From Aulosira sp. ZfuVER01 (GTDB lineage Bacteria; Cyanobacteriota; Cyanobacteriia; Cyanobacteriales; Nostocaceae), in the NCBI GenBank assembly GCA_034530615.2, contig JAVRCV020000031.1, positions 96,001-160,000 of the forward strand: 64,000 nucleotides of DNA, written 5' to 3'. Below, piece after piece: positions 1 to 10,330 of this stretch. The position numbers and the translations under genes are program-made. The notes under the pieces were generated by a model, which was not told where the DNA came from, did no database searches, and was given only the letters and a program-made list of their open reading frames with translations. How positions within the stretch are numbered: the stretch's first letter is position 1; each line of letters starts with the position of its first letter.

Positions 1-503
1 TCTTCCCAATCCTGGGGCTGAATATTTTGGGTGAGTTGATGACGTACCCAATCTTCCAAATCGTCTACCCCATCAATAATTGTGGGAATGCCCGCCGGAA
101 AATGCTCTTGCTCTGCTAATTGTCTGCTTAACCAAGCTGCTGGGGTAGTTAGCAGTAGCCCTTGGAACTCAGATCCAGGCCAATCGTCACCAGTTCTAAT
201 CGGTTTTTTGGCTTGCAGCCACTGCTGTAGCCTCGGAATTTCGACTTTTAACAACCGTTGTTGCACTGCTTCAGGTGCAACAATAATTACAGGGCCGTGC
301 CACATCAATGCCGAGGCGACAAAACTCGTGCGATATCGTCCTTGATAGCCACAAACTGCCCCGACTTGAATTAAGGCGCTACGTCCCAAGCGCAAGGCGC
401 GTGCTACCAACCTTGCCATCGTTAAGTGATGGGGCCAGGAAGGGAAACCCGCCTGCGATCGCAAAAAGTTATGTAGTGACAAATGAACTTCTGCCTCAAT
501 CAC
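1..503 (-). CDS. DinG-like/ATP-dependent helicase family protein, 5' part (runs off window start)
   Basis: Manual translation from GTG at 503 gives MIEAEVHLSLHNFLRSQAGFPSWPHHLTMARLVARALRLGRSALIQ...PTIIDGVDDLEDW, open to the window edge; resembles the conserved cyanobacterial helicase-like protein. Absent from the ORF track. Confidence 0.7.
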   Translation of the reverse strand, partial: MIEAEVHLSLHNFLRSQAGFPSWPHHLTMARLVARALRLGRSALIQVGAVCGYQGRYRTSFVASALMWHGPVIIVAPEAVQQRLLKVEIPRLQQWLQAKKPIRTGDDWPGSEFQGLLLTTPAAWLSRQLAEQEHFPAGIPTIIDGVDDLEDWVRHQLTQNIQPQDWE

Positions 504-633
504 ACGCTTCATCCCATACAAAGTAACTTTTACTTCCGAATAGCCCCATTTCTATTATCTTGTCATTAGTCATTAGTTATTTGTCGTTTTGAGTTAGTAA
601 TGACAAGTGACAAATCACCAATCTCCCTGAACT

Positions 634-1596
634 ATGCCAACTTACACAGGAATCTCCAGCGAAGCCTTCAAGCATCCACTGGATCGCCAAGCCGAGCAAG
701 CTTTACGAAATTTACCGGGGTTTGATTTAATCGCCCGTAAATTTGTGGAATTTCTCTACGAACGCCCGCAGTTAGTTTATTTAATGGGTAACACCATCCA
801 AGTTGGGCCGCGTCAATACTCCACTATTTACCAGATGTTTCGCGAATGTGTGCGGGATTTGGATATTTATCCAGAACCAACACTGTTTGTCTTGCAGAAT
901 CCCCAAGCCAATAGCTATGCATTGGGGCAAGAGAATCCTTACATAGTCATAAATACAGGGATACTAGACTTACTAGACGAAGTCGAAATTCGGGCGGTGC
1001 TAGCCCATGAACTGGGGCATATTAAATGTGGTCATACTATTTTAATTCAAATGGCGATATGGGCGATGGGTGCTGCCTCTGCCTTGGGTGAGTTGACCTT
1101 TGGTATTGGCAATTTAGTAACTCAGGGCTTGATTTACGCCTTTTTTGAATGGCGGCGCAAAGCGGAGTTATCAGCCGATCGCGCGGCGCTGTTAGTGATG
1201 GATGACTTAAATCCAGTCATGTCTTCGATGATGAAAGTCTCTGGCGGTAGTATCAAATATGCCAATGAGTGCAGTTTACAAGAATTTATCCGGCAGTCAG
1301 AAAATTATCAGGCACTAGACGCCGATGGATTAAATCAAGTCTACAAATTCCTGATGTACAATGGCGCTCAAGGCATGATGTTGACCCATCCTTTTGCTGT
1401 AGAACGCTTGCGTTATTTACGAGAGTGGGCAGTATCTGAAGAATACCAGCAAATTCGCCGAGGCAATTATCAGCGATCGCCTGCATCTGGAGCCGTCAAT
1501 GTTCCATCTCAAACACCAGAAAATGATGCAGAAGCTTTGCGTCGGCAAATTGAAGAATTACAACAGGAAATTAATAGAATGAAAAAATCTGAATAA
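634..1596 (+). CDS. M48 family Zn-metallopeptidase (HtpX/Ste24-like)
   Basis: AHELGH HExxH motif, RKAELSADR and THP motifs, C-terminal coiled coil. Confidence 0.9.
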   Translation: MPTYTGISSEAFKHPLDRQAEQALRNLPGFDLIARKFVEFLYERPQLVYLMGNTIQVGPRQYSTIYQMFRECVRDLDIYPEPTLFVLQNPQANSYALGQENPYIVINTGILDLLDEVEIRAVLAHELGHIKCGHTILIQMAIWAMGAASALGELTFGIGNLVTQGLIYAFFEWRRKAELSADRAALLVMDDLNPVMSSMMKVSGGSIKYANECSLQEFIRQSENYQALDADGLNQVYKFLMYNGAQGMMLTHPFAVERLRYLREWAVSEEYQQIRRGNYQRSPASGAVNVPSQTPENDAEALRRQIEELQQEINRMKKSE

Positions 1597-1719
1597 GTCT
1601 TGGTGGTTAGGGTGTACAGTGCGAGCTGTCTGCACCCTAATCTTTAACCCTATTGCCTACTGCCTACATCTAGGAGTAAGTTCAGAAATTGAATAGGAGC
1701 GCTAGAGAAATTTCTGAAG

Positions 1720-2130
1720 ATGAGAAATAAATTGACAAAACAAATATTTGTATTAGTTACAATTATTACCTTAGTCTTTTTTGCACCTGCGATCGCCTTA
1801 GCAACACCGACTCAACACGAAGGTAGCCACACCATAATTATTGCTCAAGCAGCCACTTCATCCTTAGAGCTTGACCTAACTCCCCAAGAACGCCAACAAC
1901 TCCAAGCTGTGCGTCAACGCAGAAATAAGGAAATTAAGGCTGTTTTGAACTCATCCCAACGTGCCCAACTCGCTCAACATTTGCGACATGGTAATAACTT
2001 AAATCAGGCTTTAGAAAAACTAAATTTGCGATCGGAACAGAAAGATTTTGTCAAGGCAATAATGCAATTGACTAATTTGAAAATCAAAGCAATTTTATCA
2101 CGGCATTCGCTAACATTAGGTCATAAATAA
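1720..2130 (+). CDS. Secreted helical protein, Spy/CpxP-like (LTxxQ-type motifs)
   Basis: Signal peptide ending AIALA; LDLTPQERQQL and VLNSSQRAQL motifs. Confidence 0.55.
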   Translation: MRNKLTKQIFVLVTIITLVFFAPAIALATPTQHEGSHTIIIAQAATSSLELDLTPQERQQLQAVRQRRNKEIKAVLNSSQRAQLAQHLRHGNNLNQALEKLNLRSEQKDFVKAIMQLTNLKIKAILSRHSLTLGHK

Positions 2131-2355
2131 AGGACAAAATTCTCGTGCTGGTTGTCTGAGTTATAGAAGACTAAGAGCCTATTATCAAGTAAATATTTAA
2201 GTAGAGTTTGTTAAGGGCTATGTAAGTATTCGATAATTTAAAAGAGTGAGCTTAAATTCAGAGAATTATAAGTATCTAAGCAGAATTAATTACATACATT
2301 ATTTTCCTGTTTCCCTATCTCCAGGAATAAATTGAATTTTTCACGACTACTTATT

Positions 2356-3987
2356 TTATAGCTCACAAGTTTGCAGGCGATAGTAAAAATTGTACCAACA
2401 ACCCCAATTGTTTATCTCTGTTTTCTCAAAGAGTTTTGTAAAAGCAAATGGAAGATGTCCTATAGGCGCATCAAGTCCGTAAATTATTTCCTCTTGGTTT
2501 TTCCAATTACCGTTCAAAATCCAGCCAACACGCTCAACAAAATTTTTGCAGTTCAAATTCACATCTTCTTTGTTTTGGCTAATTGTTTGCCAAATACAAG
2601 TTTGGATACTTAACCCAAAGTGTGTATTACTGTAATTTAACCAAAGCTTATCAATGATGCGAAGATCATCACAAGGAAAATTATTAATATATTCACTAGA
2701 CAAAAATAGCTCGTTTGGTATTGTATGTTCAACAGGTAAATTTTTTCTGTATTGAGTTGCCAGACTTAGCATAATTTTACTAGTTTCTTCATCGGCATCT
2801 TTCCAGTTTTTTTCTGACAGAAGATAACGTAGCTTAGAGTAATAAATGCCCGACTTAGTGGTAAGATTATGAGTTTCTTCTTCATCTATTGTCCAATTTT
2901 CGGCTGTGATGATTAATTTTTCTGCTTCGTTACATTGCTCATCTATTTCTGTATATTTATGCTCAGGCAAATGTTGCGAATTTTCCTGATATGCTTGTTT
3001 TTGCTGTAAATAAATATCCTGAATTGTATCCATATAAGGTCTAAGTAAATCTGATGACCATCTAGCCAATGCAAACTCTGATTCTAAATGAAATAGTTGT
3101 GGTTCATAGGTATGATTGAGATGTAGGTAATACCAATCTGAAATAAACGCTGCTAGCAGTTGGTGAATTGTCACAATGATTTGCCGAATAGTACGAATAG
3201 CGCGAATCTCATCATTATCGGCTGCTTGTAAAGATTCCTTGACTTCTTCCCAGTTCCAAGCGGGTAGAGAAATTCTGACAATATTACTATTTTGCGGATG
3301 CCAAAAATTTACATGAAAATAAACTTCATAATCAGTGATTTTGCTATGCAGTACTACTGTGGGAATAGGAGATAAAATTTGCTGTATCTGGAGAATATCC
3401 GCATGACTAATTGAACGGATAAAATAATCGCCATACAATTCGACTGGGCATAAGTCACTATTAAGAGGATAGTCTTTATTTAAAAAAGCTTTTAACTTCT
3501 CTGGCAATTCTATTTGTAGGTCATGCTGCAAAGAAGAAGGGCAATTTGGGCTAACATTTGGAGGAGAAACTAATACTAATAAACGATATCTTTTTTGACC
3601 TTCTGTTACAATATTATAAGTTTCTTCTCGATTAACAATCGTTGCGAGGTTATTCTTTTCCAGCAGTTTGCGGATATCTTTTAACTTGTGCTGAATTTGA
3701 TTAGCTTGCCATTCAAGCAATAGCTCTATAAGTTGTTTGCTAAATTGCGATCGCAATTGCATAGGTAACTCATTAAGATTCTTGTCAGCCGTTTCTTGAT
3801 ATTTTATGAATGCTTCTATATAGCGGGTGTCATCCTTAACCGTAGATGGCAAAAAAGCAGAATTACTGTAATTACTAGCTATTTCTCCTAATTTTCGTGC
3901 AATGCTAGCAGCAGTAGTTTTCAGCAAGTTAGAAAGAAGATTATCAATTAGGGCGGGTAAAGGTATAACTTTTGCAGAGTTCGCCAT
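2356..3987 (-). CDS. GUN4 domain-containing protein with long uncharacterised N-terminus
   Basis: C-terminal YSKLRYLLSEKNWKDADEET...FPCDDLRIIDKLW...HFGLSIQ...APIGHLP is the GUN4 signature. Confidence 0.85.
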   Translation of the reverse strand: MANSAKVIPLPALIDNLLSNLLKTTAASIARKLGEIASNYSNSAFLPSTVKDDTRYIEAFIKYQETADKNLNELPMQLRSQFSKQLIELLLEWQANQIQHKLKDIRKLLEKNNLATIVNREETYNIVTEGQKRYRLLVLVSPPNVSPNCPSSLQHDLQIELPEKLKAFLNKDYPLNSDLCPVELYGDYFIRSISHADILQIQQILSPIPTVVLHSKITDYEVYFHVNFWHPQNSNIVRISLPAWNWEEVKESLQAADNDEIRAIRTIRQIIVTIHQLLAAFISDWYYLHLNHTYEPQLFHLESEFALARWSSDLLRPYMDTIQDIYLQQKQAYQENSQHLPEHKYTEIDEQCNEAEKLIITAENWTIDEEETHNLTTKSGIYYSKLRYLLSEKNWKDADEETSKIMLSLATQYRKNLPVEHTIPNELFLSSEYINNFPCDDLRIIDKLWLNYSNTHFGLSIQTCIWQTISQNKEDVNLNCKNFVERVGWILNGNWKNQEEIIYGLDAPIGHLPFAFTKLFEKTEINNWGCWYNFYYRLQTCEL

Positions 3988-4396
3988 AACAGAGCAGATT
4001 ATATTTAATTTCAGAATCCACTCTGTTGTAGCCTGCTATCCGTAAATGTGTCACTAATTCTTTTTTGAAAGTATCACCAAAGATTGAAAAACCTTAATTT
4101 TTCAAAATACAATCTTTTAATTATTAAAGGTAAAAAAATATTTATAAAGATATGTATTATTTATCGAAACTGAATCATGTAAAGATGGATAATCTAATAT
4201 TTTGGAATTCTAGGGACTTGAAGAAGTAGTGGGACAAGGGAGATGAGGGAGTGTGGGAAGGGTGGGGAGAAATAAGTAATAATCAATGCCCCATGCCCAA
4301 TAACCTGACGTGCGATCGCTAAATATTCAATCCTTGAGAGTCTCGGCTAGTTTTGGAGCATCTATAATTAATCTTGCCCTATGAGCGTTCGTTACC

Positions 4397-5926
4397 ATGT
4401 CGGAAGAAGATATCCGTGCCGCGAGGCTGGAAAAAGTAGAGCAGCTAAAACAGCTAGGGATGAATCCCTATGCCTATCGTTGGGAATCCACCCACCACGC
4501 AGCACAATTGCAAGAAAAATTTGCTGATTTACCCAGCGGTGAAGAAGTTGATTTAGAAGTCACCATTGCCGGACGCATTCTAGCCCGTCGTGTCTTTGGT
4601 AAATTAGCTTTCTTCACTTTGCAAGATGAAACAGGCACGATTCAGCTTTATCTAGAGAAAAATCGCATTCAAGAAGGCATGGCAGATATTGATGCTGATG
4701 CTTTCAATCACTTAAAGCAACTCTCAGATGCAGGTGACATTCTGGGAGTTAAAGGCACTATAAAACGGACTGAAAAGGGCGAGTTATCTGTCTACGTTAA
4801 ACAATACAGCATTCTCACCAAATCTCTGTTACCTCTACCCGACAAGTGGCACGGGTTGACGGATGTAGCCAAGCGCTACCGTCAGCGTTACGTTGATTTA
4901 ATTGTCAACCCGGAAGTGCGGCAAACTTTCCGCCGTCGCGCCCAAATTACTGCGGGGATTCGTCGCTATTTAGAACAGCGAGATTTTCTAGAAATTGAAA
5001 CACCTGTTCTGCAAAGTGAAGCTGGGGGTGCAGAGGCGCGTCCGTTTATCACCTACCACAACACCTTAGATATGGAGTTATATCTGCGAATTGCGACAGA
5101 ACTTCATCTCAAGCGGTTGATTGTGGGCGGTTTTGAGAAGGTATTTGAATTAGGGCGGATTTTCCGTAATGAAGGAGTTTCGACTCGACATAACCCCGAA
5201 TTTACGACGATAGAAATTTACCAAGCCTACGCCGATTACAACGATATGATGGCGCTGACAGAGGGAATTATTACCACTGTCGCCCAAGAGGTACTCGGCA
5301 CATTGCAAATTACCTACCAAGGGGAAGCTGTTGATTTCACACCACCTTGGCGGCGGGTAACGATGCACGATTTAGTTCAAGAATATACAGGCTTAGATTT
5401 CAACTCGTTCCAAACATTAGAGGAAGCGAAAACAGCAAGTAAGAATGCTGGGATTCCTGATGTAGATGAAGCTCAATCGATTGGGAAGTTACTGAATTTA
5501 GCTTTTGAAGAAAAGGTAGAAACGAAATTAATTCAGCCTACCTTTGTGATTGACTATCCTGTAGAAATTTCGCCACTGGCTAAACCCCACCGTTCTAAAT
5601 CTGGTTTGGTGGAGCGTTTTGAGCTATTTATAGTGGGGCGAGAGACTGCTAATAGTTTCTCAGAACTTACCGATCCGATAGATCAAAGAGAACGTTTAGA
5701 AGCACAAGCTGCACTCAAAGCCGCAGGTGACTTGGAAGCCCAAGGTGTTGACGAAGACTTTCTCACGGCGTTGGAATACGGAATGCCGCCTACAGGTGGG
5801 TTAGGGATTGGAATTGATAGATTGGTGATGGTATTAACAGATTCTGCTAGTATTCGGGATGCGATCGCATTTCCTCTACTCAAACCAGAAAAATCTGACT
5901 CATCACCAGAAGCAGCAACTTCATAA
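4397..5926 (+). CDS. lysS: Lysine--tRNA ligase (class II)
   Basis: [33 protein letters not shown] and [15 protein letters not shown] motifs. Confidence 0.98.
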   Translation: MSEEDIRAARLEKVEQLKQLGMNPYAYRWESTHHAAQLQEKFADLPSGEEVDLEVTIAGRILARRVFGKLAFFTLQDETGTIQLYLEKNRIQEGMADIDADAFNHLKQLSDAGDILGVKGTIKRTEKGELSVYVKQYSILTKSLLPLPDKWHGLTDVAKRYRQRYVDLIVNPEVRQTFRRRAQITAGIRRYLEQRDFLEIETPVLQSEAGGAEARPFITYHNTLDMELYLRIATELHLKRLIVGGFEKVFELGRIFRNEGVSTRHNPEFTTIEIYQAYADYNDMMALTEGIITTVAQEVLGTLQITYQGEAVDFTPPWRRVTMHDLVQEYTGLDFNSFQTLEEAKTASKNAGIPDVDEAQSIGKLLNLAFEEKVETKLIQPTFVIDYPVEISPLAKPHRSKSGLVERFELFIVGRETANSFSELTDPIDQRERLEAQAALKAAGDLEAQGVDEDFLTALEYGMPPTGGLGIGIDRLVMVLTDSASIRDAIAFPLLKPEKSDSSPEAATS

Positions 5927-5932
5927 AACAAT

Positions 5933-5964
5933 AGGGTGCGTTATGACTTTACCTAACGCACCCT
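5933..5964. terminator. REP-like hairpin between convergent lysS and glgA
   Basis: Perfect 11-bp inverted repeat AGGGTGCGTTA/TAACGCACCCT; related copy at 29633-29665. Confidence 0.6.
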
Positions 5965-5982
5965 GTTTCAAGAGTTTTTTAT

Positions 5983-7416
5983 TTACGTAGTTACTGCCTC
6001 GTTTAACACTAACTCTGGTTGTGGTGTTTCTTCCTCTTCTTCTGGCAAGCCGAAAATTGATCTGTATAGCTTCACGTACTGCTTGGCAGATTGGTACCAA
6101 CTGAAATCTTCACTCATGCCACGTTTTTGTAATTCACTCCATTGCGGTTGGAAACGGAAGCCTTCCCAAGCGCGGATCATGCAGGTGAAAAGATCCAGTG
6201 GTTCATAGCGGTCAAAACAATAACCAGTACCTGCGGCGTTTATGGGATCGTGATGCGTTACAGTGTCAACTAATCCGCCTGTACGCCGGACAATGGGCAC
6301 AGAACCATAACGCAAAGCCATCATTTGACTGATCCCGCAGGGTTCAAAACGACTCGGCATTAAGAAGGCATCAGTTCCGGCGTAGATACGACGAGACAAA
6401 GCATCGTTATACAGTAAATAAGTTGCCATGCGTCCGGGATAGCGGGATGCCAACTGCCACATTTGGGTTTCGTAGTAGCGATCGCCTGTGCCTAACAGTA
6501 TAAATTGGGCATCAGTATATGCCAGGAAGCGATCGAGGATTTGGATGACTAAATCCAAGCCTTTTTGCTCGACTAACCGTGTCACCATGCCAATTAAAAA
6601 GGCCTTGGAATTAACTTCTAACCCTACTTCTTCTTGTAAAGCAATTTTGTTGGCTTTACGTTTATCTAGGGTATCGCTAGTAAAGCTTTGAGCTATAAAT
6701 TTGTCGTTTTCTGGGTTATAAACTTCGGTATCTATGCCGTTAATAATCCCAGATAACTTACCGCTGATAAAAGATAGCAAACCTTCTATGGTTTCACCGT
6801 AAGCAGGTGTTTTAATTTGCTCGGCGTATGTAGGAGAAACTGTATTTACCCTGTCCGCAAATTGCACCGCTGCTGCCATAGTATTGTGTCCTTGCATATA
6901 CCAAGGACACCAGGTAATTTTCTCCAAATACCAACGCCAAGGCCCTTGATAAGCCAAGTTATGAATGGTGAATACGCTGGTAATATCTGGATCTTGGTGC
7001 ATCCACACAGGAATCATTCCTGTATGCCAGTCATGACAATGGACAATTTCTGGCTTCCAGTAATTCCAGCAAAACTCAGCTGCACCATTGGCAAATAAGG
7101 TGAACCGCCAATCTTCATCCTCTCCTGAATAAATCCGGCGAGGTGTGAAGGCAGGATGTCCAAATAAATACAAGGGAACATCAGTACCAGGGAGAACGCC
7201 TTCGTAAACAGCAAAGTCTTGAAACATGGCATATCCCCGCCAGATGGGTTCTTTGGGAATTTCCATTTTGTCTGGGAGAAAGCCATAGTAGGGCAAGAAT
7301 ATCCGCACATCATGCCCCATTTTTCTCAAGATTTTCGGCAATGCTCCCACAACATCACCCATTCCTCCGACTTTTGCAACGGGAGCTGCCTCTGCTGCTA
7401 CAAATAGAATCCGCAT
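5983..7416 (-). CDS. glgA: Glycogen synthase
   Basis: [14 protein letters not shown] and [12 protein letters not shown] motifs. Confidence 0.97.
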   Translation of the reverse strand: MRILFVAAEAAPVAKVGGMGDVVGALPKILRKMGHDVRIFLPYYGFLPDKMEIPKEPIWRGYAMFQDFAVYEGVLPGTDVPLYLFGHPAFTPRRIYSGEDEDWRFTLFANGAAEFCWNYWKPEIVHCHDWHTGMIPVWMHQDPDITSVFTIHNLAYQGPWRWYLEKITWCPWYMQGHNTMAAAVQFADRVNTVSPTYAEQIKTPAYGETIEGLLSFISGKLSGIINGIDTEVYNPENDKFIAQSFTSDTLDKRKANKIALQEEVGLEVNSKAFLIGMVTRLVEQKGLDLVIQILDRFLAYTDAQFILLGTGDRYYETQMWQLASRYPGRMATYLLYNDALSRRIYAGTDAFLMPSRFEPCGISQMMALRYGSVPIVRRTGGLVDTVTHHDPINAAGTGYCFDRYEPLDLFTCMIRAWEGFRFQPQWSELQKRGMSEDFSWYQSAKQYVKLYRSIFGLPEEEEETPQPELVLNEAVTT

Positions 7417-7651
7417 GGTAATTTTTATTTCCCCGGTTCTGCTGATTTTCTAAGCTTCATTTCTGATCTAATCACATAAGGTGACTAAAACAGTGATGGG
7501 CATGGGGAATGGGGCATGGGGCAAACAACGAGTGTGGGAGGTGTGGGAAGATGGGGAAGAACTAAGTATAGTTGCTTTCTCCCCGCACTCCCCACACTCC
7601 CCTCTCTCTCCACACTTCCTTGTCCCCCTGCTCCTCTGCTCCCCTGCCTAA

Positions 7652-8623
7652 CTAAGAACCCCGTTGAATTTCGGTGAAGATGACATCTAAAATCTCTTGC
7701 GCTCCCTGTTGACGCAGGAGATTTGCTAGTTGATTGCCTAGCTGTTCGGCGTTCTTGGCTTCTCCAGTGACAGTATCTTTAACCAAGTTTTGACCGTCTA
7801 CACTGGCGACTATTCCCGTTAATGTTAAAGTATCACCATTAATTTCAGTGTTAACACCGATGGGTACTTGACAGCCACCTTCGAGATCGCGTAAGAAAGC
7901 GCGTTCAGCTAAACAGCGATCGCGTGTTTCGGGATGTTCGATAGCTTTGAGTAGGGATATCAATTCGGTATCGTCAGCACGGCATTCTATACCCAATGCA
8001 CCTTGACCAACGGCATGGAGAGAAACTTCTTTTGGTAGAATTTGATGGACGCGATCGCTCATTCCCAATCGCTCTAACCCTGCTACTGCCAAAATCAACG
8101 CATCATACTCGCCCGCATCTAATTTAGCCATGCGTGTATTCAAATTTCCCCGCACATCTTTAAAGGTAAAATGAGGGAAACGATGGCGTAACTGTGCCAA
8201 ACGCCGCAGAGAAGATGTACCAATTACCGCACCTGCTGGTAAGGTATCAATTTGTTGACCTTTATACTTTTCGTGCAATACCAAAGCATCTGCTGGGTTT
8301 TCCCGTTCTGTAATTGCAGCCAGTGTTAACCCTTCTGGTAAGTTAGTTGGCAGATCCTTTAGGGAATGAACCGCAAAGTCAATCTCCTGATTCAGCATCC
8401 CAACTTCTAATTCTTTGGTAAATAATCCTTTATCACCAATCTTGGCTAATGCTACATCCAGGATTTTGTCGCCTTGGGTAGACATGGTATGGACTTCAAA
8501 AGCAATCTCAGGATAGCTTTTTTGGAGTTGCTCTTGTACCCAGTAGGTTTGAACTAGAGCAAGTTGGCTTTTACGAGAACCAATGCGAATTGTGCGTGCA
8601 GGACTGGAAACAGCTGAAGTCAT
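7652..8623 (-). CDS. hemC: Hydroxymethylbilane synthase (porphobilinogen deaminase)
   Basis: [32 protein letters not shown] and GGCQVPIG motifs; start placed at ATG 8623. Confidence 0.97.
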   Translation of the reverse strand: MTSAVSSPARTIRIGSRKSQLALVQTYWVQEQLQKSYPEIAFEVHTMSTQGDKILDVALAKIGDKGLFTKELEVGMLNQEIDFAVHSLKDLPTNLPEGLTLAAITERENPADALVLHEKYKGQQIDTLPAGAVIGTSSLRRLAQLRHRFPHFTFKDVRGNLNTRMAKLDAGEYDALILAVAGLERLGMSDRVHQILPKEVSLHAVGQGALGIECRADDTELISLLKAIEHPETRDRCLAERAFLRDLEGGCQVPIGVNTEINGDTLTLTGIVASVDGQNLVKDTVTGEAKNAEQLGNQLANLLRQQGAQEILDVIFTEIQRGS

Positions 8624-8781
8624 AAAACAATATGTCAAACAAGGCGATAAATTCACTCTCATCTAGACTACCGCAGTGAGTGACTTACCGGATGCTAATT
8701 GCTCAATTTCGGTTAAGTTTGTTTTCGATTTTCTTTACATTTATTTACACAATTTTGAATATATACAGTAACGAGTAGCAA

Positions 8782-9210
8782 TCATAATTCATGAGTGTGA
8801 TTGAGGTATTGCTGTAATTGTTGGGTACGCTGTTGTGTAGTCCTGGCTAAACAACCAAAATAAGTTAGAGGAGCTATACTTCCCCCTTCATTTTCACTTC
8901 TTTCAAATTCACAATTGGTATCGCGAAACTTAATCCATGCTTGCTGTGCAGTAATTAGTTTCGGTTTTCTATAAGCAGGTAAAGCTGGCAGGAGTTGTTG
9001 ATAAACTTGATTCAATTTTTTATCAGCATTCTGATAGGATAACTGGGCGCACTGATTAATTTCGGCTTGATTTTGAGCGTTATTACAGTTGAGCTTTTGA
9101 GCTAAATGTAGCTTTGGGGTTTCCGGTGTTGTGCTTGCCATTGTTACAGCAGAAATAGACAAACTGCTGAGGACAAGAATACTGGAAAAATTTAGTAAAA
9201 AACGATTCAT
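8782..9210 (-). CDS. Lysozyme inhibitor LprI (DUF1311) family secreted protein
   Basis: Signal peptide; C..AQNQAEINQCA...ADKKLNQVYQ...AQQAWIKFRDTNC pattern. Confidence 0.85.
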   Translation of the reverse strand: MNRFLLNFSSILVLSSLSISAVTMASTTPETPKLHLAQKLNCNNAQNQAEINQCAQLSYQNADKKLNQVYQQLLPALPAYRKPKLITAQQAWIKFRDTNCEFERSENEGGSIAPLTYFGCLARTTQQRTQQLQQYLNHTHEL

Positions 9211-9306
9211 AATATTTTAGAAGTTAAGTATATCCATCAAAATAGCAGAAAATGGCATTGTTAGTCGATGCGATCGCATCAACTGACATGCGATCGCATA
9301 ATTAAT

Positions 9307-9516
9307 TTACGTCAAATCATCTTCTGTGAGATCGGCGATTTTCATTAATGCTCTTAAAGTCCCGATTTTCAAGTCCTGATTTCGATGAACCGGAATAGAA
9401 AGTATTTTAGTAGAATCAGAATTTTGGTATATGTGATGACTACCTGTAATTCTCTGTAAAACCCAACCGCGCTGTTCGACAATTTTACATAGGTTTTTAC
9501 CAGAGATTGATTTCAT
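9307..9516 (-). CDS. hicA: Type II TA toxin HicA
   Basis: GW..RITGSHHIY...IPVH..DLKIGTL; 4-nt overlap with hicB. Confidence 0.9.
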   Translation of the reverse strand: MKSISGKNLCKIVEQRGWVLQRITGSHHIYQNSDSTKILSIPVHRNQDLKIGTLRALMKIADLTEDDLT

Positions 9517-9716
9517 ACCGCAATCTCGACAATCTGAGCATTCGATTCTAGTTTGTGACTACTATTTGCAACTTCTAACCAGCCTTCTATTGCATCTTTT
9601 AAATTACTTAATACCTCCTCCATTGTCTCACCTTCAGTAATACAACCGGGGAGTGCTGGAACTTCAGCCCAATAGCCACCTTCTTCTGCTGGATGAATAA
9701 TTGCTTTTATTTTCAT
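9513..9716 (-). CDS. hicB: Type II TA antitoxin HicB (short form, no C-terminal DNA-binding domain)
   Basis: EEGGYWAEVPALPGCITEGETMEE motif. Confidence 0.9.
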   Translation of the reverse strand: MKIKAIIHPAEEGGYWAEVPALPGCITEGETMEEVLSNLKDAIEGWLEVANSSHKLESNAQIVEIAV

Positions 9717-9800
9717 CTGCTTTGGTTTTCTTTACTTATACTCAATTATCCGGTTTTTCTGACTCTCGGACAAAGGAAAACTAAATCATGAGCCATTGTT

Positions 9801-10009
9801 TGTGATCGCAATCTAACTCGATACAGTCGCAATGTTACTCGATGCGATCGCAATATCACTCGATACAGTCGCAATGTCAGTCGATGTGATCGCATTATCG
9901 CTCGATACATTGGCATTGTTAGTGATGCGATCGCTTTGTCACTCAATAGAATCGCAATCTGAGTCGATCTGATGGCATTGTCACCCGATATAATCGCTTT
10001 TACACTTTA
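9801..10009. repeat. Tandem array of ~10 imperfect 21-bp units with HIP1-like core
   Basis: Units: tgtgatcgcaatctaactcga / tacagtcgcaatgttactcga / tgcgatcgcaatatcactcga / tacagtcgcaatgtcagtcga / tgtgatcgcattatcgctcga / tacattggcattgttagt-ga / tgcgatcgctttgtcactcaa / tagaatcgcaatctgagtcga / tctgatggcattgtcacccga / tataatcgcttttacacttta. Confidence 0.9.
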
Positions 10010-10011
10010 CA

Positions 10012-10232
10012 ATGTCTCGTCCCCCACGTAACCTGCAACCAGGCTTTTGTTATCACATCACTACCTGTTGCAACAATTGGGAATTTCGGCTGACGCGGTT
10101 AGAATGCCGTGAAGTTTTCCTGTACGCCATTAAACAAGCACAACAAAAGTATGAGTTTACACCTATGCGTTGTGCATAATGTCGAATCACATTCACTACT
10201 TGCTGGAACCCAAGCAGCCAGAAGATTTACCC
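10012..10232 (+). pseudogene. Truncated, frameshifted HUH Y1 tyrosine transposase (RAYT/IS200-like)
   Basis: ATG 10012 gives MSRPPRNLQPGFCYHITTCCNNWEF...KQAQQKYEF; after a frameshift near 10160 the reading continues YALCIMSNHIHYLLEP (HUH motif), then similarity is lost. Confidence 0.85.
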
Positions 10233-10330
10233 CTGCCCCCTGTGCCAGGTATTGGATTTATGAAATGCTGATGATTATGTGGGGAAGGAGGCTGAAACAA
10301 ATATATACAAAATTCTTAAAGCCTTAAATG

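Noticed and set aside
82..526. Plus-strand ORFs 82-345 and 308-526
   Set aside because: They are antisense shadows of the minus-strand helicase-like gene (1-503).
2269..2353. Possible MITE remnant with TAAGTA/TACTTA ends
   Set aside because: There are only 6 bp of terminal complementarity in AT-rich DNA, too weak to call.
9746..9946. 66-aa ORF across the 21-bp repeats
   Set aside because: It is a by-product of the repeat period and crosses a 1-nt deletion; other frames I translated contain stops.
9801..10009. CRISPR array
   Set aside because: The units are contiguous and degenerate with no unique spacers, and there are no cas genes in the window.
10109..10327. 72-aa ORF in the track
   Set aside because: It is an off-frame reading of the transposase remnant.
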